A stretch of DNA of 53,555 bases from Candidatus Ryanbacteria bacterium RIFCSPLOWO2_12_FULL_44_26 (lineage in GTDB: Bacteria > Patescibacteriota > Minisyncoccia > Ryanbacterales > HO2-45-13). The number at the start of each line of letters is the position of its first letter. The stretch's first letter is position 1. Of this stretch, positions 27,383 through 34,716 are shown piece after piece. The notes below the pieces were generated by a model that worked only from the letters and a program-made list of their open reading frames with translations, was not told the origin of the DNA and made no database searches. The stretch is from contig MHOA01000003.1 of NCBI GenBank assembly GCA_001821765.1, positions 1 through 53,555 on the forward strand. Reading direction: 5' to 3'. Both the position numbers and the translations under genes were made by a program.

Positions 27383-27946
27383 CTAGAAAAGTTTGACTTC
27401 ACTGTGGCACTCCTTTCCGATGTTGATGCTCGAAGCATACAACATTTGTACTCCATTCACTATAGCAAGAGCAATAGCTCCTGCAAAGAGCAATACTCCG
27501 AGCAGACCAACCATATTCCTTACGGAAATGATTGGGAACTTTGCGTCTTCAAGTCTTTGGTGGAGCCCTTTTCTGATGCCCAGCATCTTCTCTAAATCAC
27601 GAGCATATTGCCATGATGAATCGTAGCGATGCTCAAGATTACGTTGTACGATGAAGAGGGAACCAAGAACAACACAAAAGAAAAGGATGAGTATCCATCG
27701 TAGCCACTTCTCAGGCAGCGTGTTGCATGCCCAAAGCTCATTGTATCCATTGTTCCAGCCGAACGCTATGACGGTGCCCAGTACGGTGATGTAGAATACG
27801 AGTGACCCGACTCGAAGATTGAGCATGTGTCGTGCGTTGTCTTGTGCTTCATTCTTTTCGGTGAGAAGCAGTGTTCTTTGAGAAATATCCAGCTGTCCGG
27901 ATTCTCCTAGACCCTCGAAACCGAACTCAAGTTGCTCTTCAGGCAT
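27383..27946 (-). CDS. small membrane protein (187 aa, 3 TM), unknown function
   Basis: A strong SD (AAGGAGGG) lies 7 nt before the ATG. A TM pair (VGSLVFYITVLGTVIAFGW and WLRWILILFFCVVLGSLFIV) is followed by a polar helix and a third TM. Confidence 0.7.
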   Translation of the reverse strand: MPEEQLEFGFEGLGESGQLDISQRTLLLTEKNEAQDNARHMLNLRVGSLVFYITVLGTVIAFGWNNGYNELWACNTLPEKWLRWILILFFCVVLGSLFIVQRNLEHRYDSSWQYARDLEKMLGIRKGLHQRLEDAKFPIISVRNMVGLLGVLLFAGAIALAIVNGVQMLYASSINIGKECHSEVKLF

Positions 27947-27979
27947 TGTAAGCCCTCCTTAGCTACCAAAGAGCATTAG

Positions 27980-28008
27980 ACCTTACCAATAACAAGATGC
28001 CGTGTCAA
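27980..28008 (-). promoter_or_regulatory. candidate promoter (TTGACA-17 nt-TAAGGT)
   Basis: The minus strand reads TTGACAcggcatcttgttattggTAAGGT, located upstream of the SD and ATG of 27383-27946. Confidence 0.5.
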
Positions 28009-28031
28009 TTATTTATGTTACGTAGATTTTA

Positions 28032-28060
28032 CAAAAATAAAACACCTTTTTTTGGTGTTT
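28032..28060 (-). terminator. rho-independent terminator
   Basis: The minus strand reads AAACACC-aaaaaaa-GGTGTTT followed by TATTTTTG. It lies between the 28237-29058 unit and the next gene. Confidence 0.6.
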
Positions 28061-28112
28061 TTAAACATCCTCGAGCGCTCGACTGTCTCTAGATCCTCGT
28101 GCTAGCTCGAAG

Positions 28113-28134
28113 TGGCGGTGTCTGTTTGAAAATA
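28113..28134. repeat. 22-nt exact repeat word, copy 1 (tggcggtgtctgtttgaaaata)
   Basis: Identical to 29107-29128. The adjacent 12-nt word tcgaagtggcgg occurs at 28107-28118 and 28207-28218. Confidence 0.9.
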
Positions 28135-28236
28135 CATCTGCCAAAGGCGGACTACTGCTAAATGACTTGCCGAATCACAAGTTTTTCTTTGCTTGCACTG
28201 AGTTTATCGAAGTGGCGGCAAATGCTAAATAAAATA

Positions 28237-29058
28237 TCAATAATGATCTGTGTCACTAACAACTTGTTTAAGGTAAACTCCAACGCCTTCACTGGGCAAT
28301 TCGCCAAGCGATTCACCACGGTTTGGTTCTGGCATAGGACGATTCTTGAGCACTACGTAAAATTGAGTTTTCTCGTTCTGCTCAAGTCCGGAATAAATTT
28401 CCTCAGCTGGTGTGAATCCTTTTGTTCGAGCAAAATCTCGCATTGCCGGTCTGTAATCTTTTGCGGACGAAACAGAACCCGCAAGATACATTACGGCAAC
28501 GTCTATAGGATACAATGCCATTTCCAAAGTTATCGGTGTTTCAGAAGGATTATATCCGGGTCGGTTGGTGATAACATTGGTCGCCTGAACGCCAGCCAAA
28601 CTCACTTTGTAAGTGCTATATGAAATTTTATATTTGTTACTATCTCCACCTAACTCAAATATGATTTCTTTATCACCATTTTGTTTTAACCAATCAGGAT
28701 CTATACTTACTTTGGCTCGCGATTTCAAGATAACCGCTGGACAATCTCCTCCGGCGCCTTTTGTAAATTTATATCCTTTTATATCAACAACTAATGTATC
28801 ACCCCTTAACGATTTTTTCGTTTCTAAATCTGAAGCCGAATCGCAACCGCCGCCTGCAACAGCAGACAAAACCAAAACTGGCACTCTTTCGTTGTCCTCT
28901 ACTGATGAGGCGAGAAATACACGTACGTACTCTGGTACAGTTAGCTCACCAGTCAAAGGTTGTCTGGGTAAATTTATATTGTCACGGTTGGTGAAAAATA
29001 TTGCACCAATAACGATTAGAACGACCACTACGATTGCGATGATAAATTTTTTGGTCAT
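28237..29058 (-). CDS. membrane-anchored/secreted protein, unknown function (273 aa)
   Basis: It opens MTKKFIIAIVVVVLIVIGAIFF (signal anchor) and continues into a beta-rich ectodomain. The start is set at the ATG at 29058, because the longer track ORF to 29172 runs through intergenic repeat sequence. Confidence 0.65.
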   Translation of the reverse strand: MTKKFIIAIVVVVLIVIGAIFFTNRDNINLPRQPLTGELTVPEYVRVFLASSVEDNERVPVLVLSAVAGGGCDSASDLETKKSLRGDTLVVDIKGYKFTKGAGGDCPAVILKSRAKVSIDPDWLKQNGDKEIIFELGGDSNKYKISYSTYKVSLAGVQATNVITNRPGYNPSETPITLEMALYPIDVAVMYLAGSVSSAKDYRPAMRDFARTKGFTPAEEIYSGLEQNEKTQFYVVLKNRPMPEPNRGESLGELPSEGVGVYLKQVVSDTDHY

Positions 29059-29106
29059 AGGTTTTTGGATTAAAAAAATTCTTTTATCCACTTGCGAAAT
29101 CCTGAT

Positions 29107-29128
29107 TGGCGGTGTCTGTTTGAAAATA
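29107..29128. repeat. 22-nt exact repeat word, copy 2
   Basis: Identical to 28113-28134. It lies ~50 nt upstream of the ATG at 29058. Confidence 0.9.
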
Positions 29129-29151
29129 TCCGAACGGAACTGGCTGGGCTC

Positions 29152-29190
29152 GGCGGGCGGAATCCCCCCCACAGCCCCCTTCCGCCCGCC
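29152..29190. other. perfect GC-rich hairpin
   Basis: GGCGGGCGGAA-(17 nt C-rich loop)-TTCCGCCCGCC forms an 11-bp perfect stem in the ART-like gene's 3' flank. No U-run follows it. Confidence 0.7.
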
Positions 29191-29217
29191 TCGCCTTGAA
29201 CCGGAGCGGAAAGGACG

Positions 29218-29241
29218 ATTTCAAGTTTTTCTTTGGCGGCA
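29218..29241. repeat. 24-nt exact repeat word, copy 1 (atttcaagtttttctttggcggca)
   Basis: Identical to 37575-37598, with a degenerate copy (caagtttttctttg) at 28178-28191. Each copy lies within a few to ~50 nt 3' of a minus-strand stop codon. Confidence 0.9.
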
Positions 29242-29243
29242 AA

Positions 29244-29999
29244 TTACAAAATCTTATGTTCCTGATTTATTTTTGCCTTTTCTGGATCAAAAATCAAATA
29301 AGTATCGTGATTCCCATTACCACCTTCTCCACCCTCTAAGGTAATCAATCCTTCATATCCCAATGATTTTATATAATCGCTAAATAGTTTGCCGTTGCTT
29401 TGAGCAATCTCTTTCAAATTACCGGCTCTAATTTTTCCGCCATTTATCGTTTCGATGGTTCTCTCTAAACCTCCTTGCACGAACCATTTCAAGTCAGGTT
29501 TTTTTAGTTCTTCTTTCACAATTTTCTTAAATCCATCTAAAATCTTTTTTACATTTTCGTCTTCTCTCAAATCGCACAATTTCATGTTTTCAACCGATGA
29601 TTCGTAAATTGTAGGAACAGAATCTTCGATGACGGGTGCCCCGTCTGCTCTCTGCGGATTCCACTCTCTTTCTGAACGAAGTCTCGCGTAACCAATCGCA
29701 TCTTTCGCCTCGGAAGTAAAATATACTCCACTGCCCACCGTATCTTCTTCTGCTTTATTAAAAGTTTTAATTCCGCTTATTCCCGAACCATGATAAAGAG
29801 TTTTCTTTTTCATTAAAACACCAAGGCCGTCATTGATTTTTTCTTCATCTTGTCGCTCTTTAATTTTTTCGGTTCGGGCTTGCCAATATTCTGAAGTTTC
29901 TTTTGCTTTTTCTAAAATATCTTTTCGTTCTTCTTTTGGAGCTTCCTTAATTTCTTTAGCAAGCTCATCTCTAAATTGTTGAGATTCAAAATTTTCCAT
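29244..29999 (-). CDS. hypothetical protein with PARP-like (H-Y-x) ADP-ribosyltransferase-like motifs
   Basis: TLYHGSGISGIKTF...VGSGVYFTSEAKDAIGY parallels the PARP-type LWHGS...GKGIYFA...SKSANY. The C-terminal HDTYLIFDPEK parallels YNEYIVYD, but the Glu position is D/T. The N-terminal 60 aa are Lys/Glu-rich. Confidence 0.4.
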   Translation of the reverse strand: MENFESQQFRDELAKEIKEAPKEERKDILEKAKETSEYWQARTEKIKERQDEEKINDGLGVLMKKKTLYHGSGISGIKTFNKAEEDTVGSGVYFTSEAKDAIGYARLRSEREWNPQRADGAPVIEDSVPTIYESSVENMKLCDLREDENVKKILDGFKKIVKEELKKPDLKWFVQGGLERTIETINGGKIRAGNLKEIAQSNGKLFSDYIKSLGYEGLITLEGGEGGNGNHDTYLIFDPEKAKINQEHKIL

Positions 30000-30001
30000 A
30001 A

Positions 30002-30208
30002 CTATTTCAATAAGTCTTCAATAGAAACATCAAGGGCTTTCGCAATTTTTTCCACCATAAGCACAGATGGTGTTTTGATAACCCCGCTTTCTATCTTGGT
30101 AAGTGTTGTGTATTTCACGCCTGACTTTTGGGCAAAATCCTCTTGCGAGAGCCCTAGTTTTGTCCGACGTCTCTTGATGTTCTCACCAATGTTATTATCG
30201 GTTGCCAT
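30002..30208 (-). CDS. XRE-family helix-turn-helix transcriptional regulator (68 aa)
   Basis: RRRTKLGLSQEDFAQKSGVKYTTLTKIESGVIKTPS. Its stop codon lies 2 nt before the ATG of 29244-29999. Confidence 0.85.
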   Translation of the reverse strand: MATDNNIGENIKRRRTKLGLSQEDFAQKSGVKYTTLTKIESGVIKTPSVLMVEKIAKALDVSIEDLLK

Positions 30209-30217
30209 ACTTGCAGT

Positions 30218-30268
30218 ATATTGATAGTATGAAAGTGACTTGATATACTATCAATATCATACTATCAA
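30218..30268. promoter_or_regulatory. operator-like repeats upstream of the XRE gene
   Basis: There is a perfect 13-bp inverted repeat, ATATTGATAGTAT (30218-30230) with ATACTATCAATAT (30245-30257), plus a third half-site ATACTATCAA (30259-30268). The repeats lie within an AT-rich promoter region; the minus strand carries TTGAAA and TATAAT words. Confidence 0.6.
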
Positions 30269-30449
30269 AAATTATAATTTCTTTCAATTCAGAAAAGAAA
30301 AGCCCGCTTTTGGCCTTATTGAATTCAAAACGGCTTGTCGTGCCAGAGGCAGATCCGACTATGGCGGAAAATTTCCCCGAAAAACGGCTGGCGAGCCAAT
30401 GGCTTCATTTCCTAACTGACAGTGTATTTTTGAAACAACTCCAAAAATT

Positions 30450-30493
30450 CAGAAAAGAAAAACCCGCCAGAGCTCCCAAGTGAGGTGGCGGGT
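30450..30493 (-). terminator. rho-independent terminator after the rlpA-like gene
   Basis: The minus strand reads ACCCGCC-(18 nt)-GGCGGGT followed by TTTTTCTTTTCTG. Confidence 0.6.
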
Positions 30494-30510
30494 CGTGGAG
30501 GGGGGATAAA

Positions 30511-30930
30511 CTAAGGCTTTGCTATGACTACGGCTTTCAGAAGGGTAAGACCCTCCTGCTTAAAGCCGAGCTTTTCAGCGCCTGCCATTGAAAGGTCAAG
30601 AGCGCGACCTTCAATGAAAGGGCCACGGTCTCGGACAATGGCAGTAATCTGCCTCCCATTTGCCAAGTTCGTGAGCAGGAGGCGTGTTCCAAACGGAAGC
30701 GTTTTATGCGCAACCGTCTGCGGATCATACATGTTGAATGTACGACCGTTTGCCATTGTCCGTCCATGATACGGTATCCCGTACCAGGATGCCCGCGCAA
30801 AGAAACTCTCTTCCCGCGGGTGTTCTTGCGTGCGGACGACATTCAGGAAAGTTCCTTCTTCAATGCATCCGGATGCTGAAAGAACAAGACCAATCACAAA
30901 GCCAATTATCAACAGTGCTAGTACTCGCAT
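30511..30930 (-). CDS. rlpA: RlpA-like double-psi beta-barrel lipoprotein
   Basis: It has the lipobox MRVLALLIIGFVIGLVLSASGC and the DPBB core ASWYGIPYHGRTMANGRTFNMYDPQTVAHKTLPFGTRLLLTNLANGRQITAIVRDRGPF. A strong SD (AAAGGAGGGG) precedes the ATG. Confidence 0.85.
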   Translation of the reverse strand: MRVLALLIIGFVIGLVLSASGCIEEGTFLNVVRTQEHPREESFFARASWYGIPYHGRTMANGRTFNMYDPQTVAHKTLPFGTRLLLTNLANGRQITAIVRDRGPFIEGRALDLSMAGAEKLGFKQEGLTLLKAVVIAKP

Positions 30931-30961
30931 GTCTCCCCTCCTTTTGACAATGCGAACAAAC

Positions 30962-30990
30962 AGTATACCTCAATAAGCTTTTTCTGTCAA
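30962..30990 (-). promoter_or_regulatory. near-consensus promoter (TTGACA-17 nt-TATACT) for the rlpA-like gene
   Basis: The minus strand reads TTGACAgaaaaagcttattgaggTATACT. Confidence 0.6.
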
Positions 30991-31120
30991 GCACATGTAC
31001 TAGATGGGTACATCGGTGAGACTTTATTCGTTTTCTGATAGAATTGCCAAGGCGTATCGTAACCCAAAGATTGATGGGGTCCTTGACGATCAATAAATTC
31101 TCTATCAAGCATCTCGGTCG

Positions 31121-31144
31121 CAAAACCGCCTCGATAGAGGCGGT
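31121..31144 (-). terminator. hairpin downstream of tRNA-Ser(UGA)
   Basis: The minus strand reads ACCGCCTC-tatc-GAGGCGGT followed by TTTTGCG, a short U-run. Confidence 0.45.
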
Positions 31145-31164
31145 CTCACGATAAAAAATGTTGT

Positions 31165-31254
31165 TGGCGGTGGGGGTGAGATTCGAACTCACGGTACGAT
31201 TGCTCGTACAGCAGTTTTCAAGACTGCCGCCTTAAACCGCTCGGCCACCCCACC
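31165..31254 (-). tRNA. tRNA-Ser (anticodon UGA), CCA encoded
   Basis: Hand fold: acceptor GGTGGGG/CCCCACC, anticodon stem GCAGT/ACTGC with loop CTTGAAA, a long variable arm, and T arm GTGAG-TTCGAAT-CTCAC. Confidence 0.9.
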
Positions 31255-31361
31255 ATGGCCTGTATTATAGCACCGTTTTCTTGTTTCTTCCAGATTTTCT
31301 GCTTGTGCTGTGCGAATAAACTTTATTACCTAAAAGAATTGTGGTAGTATTCCTAATACTT

Positions 31362-31452
31362 GGAAGGGTGGCTGAGTGGCCGAAAGCAGCGCACTGCTAA
31401 TGCGTTAACCGTCAAAAGCGGTTCGTGGGTTCGAATCCCACCCCTTCCGCCA
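31362..31452 (+). tRNA. tRNA-Ser (anticodon GCU), CCA encoded
   Basis: Hand fold: acceptor GGAAGGG/CCCTTCC, anticodon stem GCGCA/TGCGT with loop CTGCTAA, a long variable arm, and T arm GTGGG-TTCGAAT-CCCAC. Confidence 0.9.
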
Positions 31453-32024
31453 TGGCACGCATAGTTGATATAAAAATAAAGAAAGAGAAACCCACACTAA
31501 AAAAACCAGAGCAACAAGAAAAAATCCGGATCGAAGAAGAACGTTATGAAAAATCAGTGGAAGAGCTAGAAACGATTTCATGGGAAACGTTGGAGTATCA
31601 GTTCCATAAAAAATCCAAAGAGTGGTTTTGGGCGCTTTTTATTATCGTTATCGGGCTTGTTATAACCGCATTCATTCTTAAAAATATGCTCTTTGCCGTA
31701 TTCATTATACTTGCCGGCTTTACCATAACGCTGTTTAGCGTAAAAAAACCAGATACCATAAAAGTCCACATATCAGGAAGAGGTGTACAGGTTGGGAACA
31801 GACTTTTCCCATATGAATCGCTGGAATCATTTTGGATTTTTTACGATCCTCCGGATGTAAAAGAAATCAGTTTGTTCTCCAATAAAACATTTATGCCGTA
31901 TATTAAAATACCCATAGGAGATGCCGACCCGGTTTTTATAAGAAACCTTCTAATGCAATACCTACCTGAAGAAGCACAGGAAGAATCGCTGACTGATACA
32001 ATTACAAGGTTTCTTAAATTTTAA
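31452..32024 (+). CDS. membrane protein, unknown function (190 aa, 2 TM)
   Basis: It starts MARIVDIKIKKEK..., and the ATG shares its A with the tRNA's terminal CCA. There are two adjacent TM segments (FWALFIIVIGLVITAFIL and LFAVFIILAGFTITLF) followed by a soluble domain. Confidence 0.6.
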   Translation: MARIVDIKIKKEKPTLKKPEQQEKIRIEEERYEKSVEELETISWETLEYQFHKKSKEWFWALFIIVIGLVITAFILKNMLFAVFIILAGFTITLFSVKKPDTIKVHISGRGVQVGNRLFPYESLESFWIFYDPPDVKEISLFSNKTFMPYIKIPIGDADPVFIRNLLMQYLPEEAQEESLTDTITRFLKF

Positions 32025-32038
32025 AAAAAGAAGAATAT

Positions 32039-32112
32039 GCGCCCGTAGCTCAGTTGGATAGAGCGCCAGCTTGCGGAGCTGGAGGTCATAGGTTCAAGTC
32101 CTATCGGGCGCG
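32039..32112 (+). tRNA. tRNA-Arg (anticodon GCG), CCA not encoded
   Basis: Hand fold: acceptor GCGCCCG/CGGGCGC, anticodon stem CCAGC/GCTGG with loop TTGCGGA, and T arm ATAGG-TTCAAGT-CCTAT. A GCCCCGCC-aca-GGCGGGGC hairpin follows at 32129-32147. Confidence 0.85.
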
Positions 32113-32496
32113 CCGTGAACACCTCCGCGCCCCGCCACAGGCGGGGCTACGCCTCAACAAAACTTTCTTCTACATTTTTTGATTTCTACACGCGACCATT
32201 TTTCAATTCGGGAAGAAGAAAATTTTGTTTCAGCATTCTGCTCTGATAAACAGGCGGAAACGGTCTGACGCTCATGGGCAAAAATTTTTTCCCTCAAACT
32301 CCCTCAATAGTACTCACAATGAGACCAAAAATCCCAATCGTATCGATTTCAGGCATTGTGTATCTCTTGGCCTTGTAAATTCTTATCAGACTTACCAAAC
32401 ACAGAAAATATTGTCAGCAAAAACTTCATCAAAAAACTATCCAAGTGCGACAGCTTAAAATACCCCCTTGCAAAGCGCCTCATAGAAACGCACCAT

Positions 32497-34611
32497 ATGT
32501 ATATGATGGAACTTACGGAGCGCGTTGAAAATGTTCTGGAACTGTCTTTAACACAGAAAAACGGGCTGGAGAAGTTACATGTTAATACTGTTCGCGACCT
32601 GTTGTGGCATTTTCCTGCGCGATATGAGGATTTTTCCCGGTTTAAGACAATTAGTAACGTTACACCAAAAGAACACATAACTGTTGAAGGAAAAATAACA
32701 CACATTGATCTTAGAAAAACATGGAAAAGCAAAGTTGCAATCGCAGAAGGTACTTTTGCAGACGCAACGGGAACATTGAAACTTATCTGGTTTCACCAAC
32801 CCTACATCGCCCGCTTTTTAAAAGACGGGGACTTAATAAGAATAAGAGGGGAAATACAGTCGGGGAAAAGAGGGTTATATATCGCAAACCCTTTTTTTGA
32901 AAAAATTGACCGCCTTTCAATATCACTCAATATAAAAGAAAGGGGTCTCATCCCTGTTTACCCTGAAACGAGAGGCATCAGCTCGCGCTGGCTTCATTTT
33001 CACATCACCAAACTGCTTCAGAGCGCATCTTTGAACTTCAAGGACATATTGCCTAAGGCAATATTAACAACATATCACCTTCCCTCTCTTATACATTCCT
33101 TAAGGGCAATCCATACCCCAAGAAATGAACGGGAGGCCGAGGGAGCAAGAAAGCGCTTCGCATTTGAAGAAATATTTCTCCTCCAGCTTTCGCGCATAAA
33201 AGAAAGAAAGCTCCTTGAAAAGAAAAAATCGTTCATTTTAAAAACCGACGAAGAAGCGTTAAAGGAATTCCTGGAAAAACCGCCCTTTACGCTCACGGCG
33301 AGCCAGAGAATCGTTCTTGAAGATCTTAAAAATGATATTGCAACTCCAACGCCAATGGCACGACTGCTTGAAGGAGATGTGGGATCCGGAAAAACAATTC
33401 TCGCGGCGATTATATCGTTTATAGCAGTAAAAAATGATGCGCAGGTCGCGTATATGGCACCGACAGAAATACTCGCCAGCCAGCATTTTAATGCCTTTTC
33501 TGAATTGTTTAAGGGTTTAAGAATAAAAATAGGACTTATCACTTCATCCGACACAAGAGTGTTCCCATCAAAAGCGTTCCCAAAAACTTCCGCTCATGTA
33601 TCCAGAACGCAACTTTTACGATGGGCAAAAAGCGGAGAAATAAAAATACTCATCGGTACTCATGCACTTATAGAAAAAAAAGTCCAGTTTAACAATCTGG
33701 CGCTTATCGTCGTAGACGAGCAGCACCGATTCGGCGTTCAACAGCGAGCACGTCTTGCCCGGACAAAAATGCAAACGGAAAACCCGCTTCCGCATTTTCT
33801 CTCCATGACCGCAACGCCCATACCGCGAACGCTTGCTCTTACCGTATATGGTGACCTTGACTTGTCGGTGCTTGATGAAATGCCGCCCGGACGATCACCG
33901 ACTGAAACCATGATACTTATGGGAAGAACCAGAAAAAAAGCGTGGGATACCATGCGGGAAGAAATTAATAAAGGGCATCAGGCTTTTGTGATATGCCCGA
34001 GAATTGAACATGATGATGACAGAATAAAATCGGTAAAGAAAGAAGCTGAGAGATTAAAAAAAGAAATCTTCCCTGATTTCACTATAGGGGTGTTGCATGG
34101 AAAACTCACCCCAAAAGAAAAGGAAACAACCATGGAAAAATACAAAAAAGGCGAGATTCAAATTCTTGTCTCGACTTCAGTTATAGAAGTCGGGATTGAT
34201 ATTCCTAATGCCACCGTCATGGTAGTGGAAGGGGCAGAACGGTTCGGCTTGGCACAGCTACACCAAATGCGGGGACGCATCGGGAGAGGAAAACACAAAT
34301 CCATTTTTTTTGTAATAAGTGACAGTCAAGGGGAAAAAACAAAAGACCGTCTTCATGCCCTTAGAAATGCGCGATCCGGTTTTGAGCTCGCTGAATATGA
34401 TCTTCAATTGCGGGGCGCCGGGGAATTGACCGGATCATCGCAGTGGGGAATCTCGGATGTCGGCATGGAAGCATTAAAAAACATCAAAATGGTTGAAGCG
34501 GCGAGAAAAGAAGCGAGAAATATTATCGAAAAAGATCCGGAGCTTTCACAGTCCCCTCTCCTGAAAGGGGAAATAGAAATTATAAACAAAAAACTTCTTC
34601 ATTTTGAATAA
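32497..34611 (+). CDS. recG: ATP-dependent DNA helicase RecG
   Basis: It has an N-terminal wedge/OB region (HFPARYEDF), helicase motif I GDVGSGKT, DEQH (VVDEQHRFGV) and QLHQMRGRIGRG. The start is probably one of the ATGs at 32497-32506, not the track's 32356. Confidence 0.9.
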   Translation: MYMMELTERVENVLELSLTQKNGLEKLHVNTVRDLLWHFPARYEDFSRFKTISNVTPKEHITVEGKITHIDLRKTWKSKVAIAEGTFADATGTLKLIWFHQPYIARFLKDGDLIRIRGEIQSGKRGLYIANPFFEKIDRLSISLNIKERGLIPVYPETRGISSRWLHFHITKLLQSASLNFKDILPKAILTTYHLPSLIHSLRAIHTPRNEREAEGARKRFAFEEIFLLQLSRIKERKLLEKKKSFILKTDEEALKEFLEKPPFTLTASQRIVLEDLKNDIATPTPMARLLEGDVGSGKTILAAIISFIAVKNDAQVAYMAPTEILASQHFNAFSELFKGLRIKIGLITSSDTRVFPSKAFPKTSAHVSRTQLLRWAKSGEIKILIGTHALIEKKVQFNNLALIVVDEQHRFGVQQRARLARTKMQTENPLPHFLSMTATPIPRTLALTVYGDLDLSVLDEMPPGRSPTETMILMGRTRKKAWDTMREEINKGHQAFVICPRIEHDDDRIKSVKKEAERLKKEIFPDFTIGVLHGKLTPKEKETTMEKYKKGEIQILVSTSVIEVGIDIPNATVMVVEGAERFGLAQLHQMRGRIGRGKHKSIFFVISDSQGEKTKDRLHALRNARSGFELAEYDLQLRGAGELTGSSQWGISDVGMEALKNIKMVEAARKEARNIIEKDPELSQSPLLKGEIEIINKKLLHFE

Positions 34612-34666
34612 CGCCATTTAAATAACACCACGCCACCTAAATAACACCACGCTTATAAAATTCTAT

Positions 34667-34702
34667 AAATCCATTATCCAACGATCGTTGGATAATGGAT
34701 TT
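34667..34702. terminator. perfect 36-nt palindrome between convergent recG and the PaaX-like gene
   Basis: AAATCCATTATCCAACGA|TCGTTGGATAATGGATTT has perfect 18+18 symmetry and is flanked by A/T residues. It plausibly acts as a bidirectional terminator. Confidence 0.6.
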
Positions 34703-34716
34703 AAGGCACTAAGACA

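Noticed and set aside
28237-29172. The track's 311-aa version of the secreted protein (MGGIPPAEPSQFRSDIFKQTPPI...).
   Set aside because: The N-terminal 38 codons are read through the intergenic repeat words (22-mer and GC hairpin flank). The ATG at 29058 begins a normal signal anchor.
28036-29243. Integron gene cassettes with attC sites as the explanation for the gene plus 3' element units.
   Set aside because: I could not find the R''/R' core sites (RYYYAAC ... GTTRRRY) or the required imperfect inverted-repeat architecture, and no intI-like gene is in the window. It is kept only as an analogy in the repeat-family finding.
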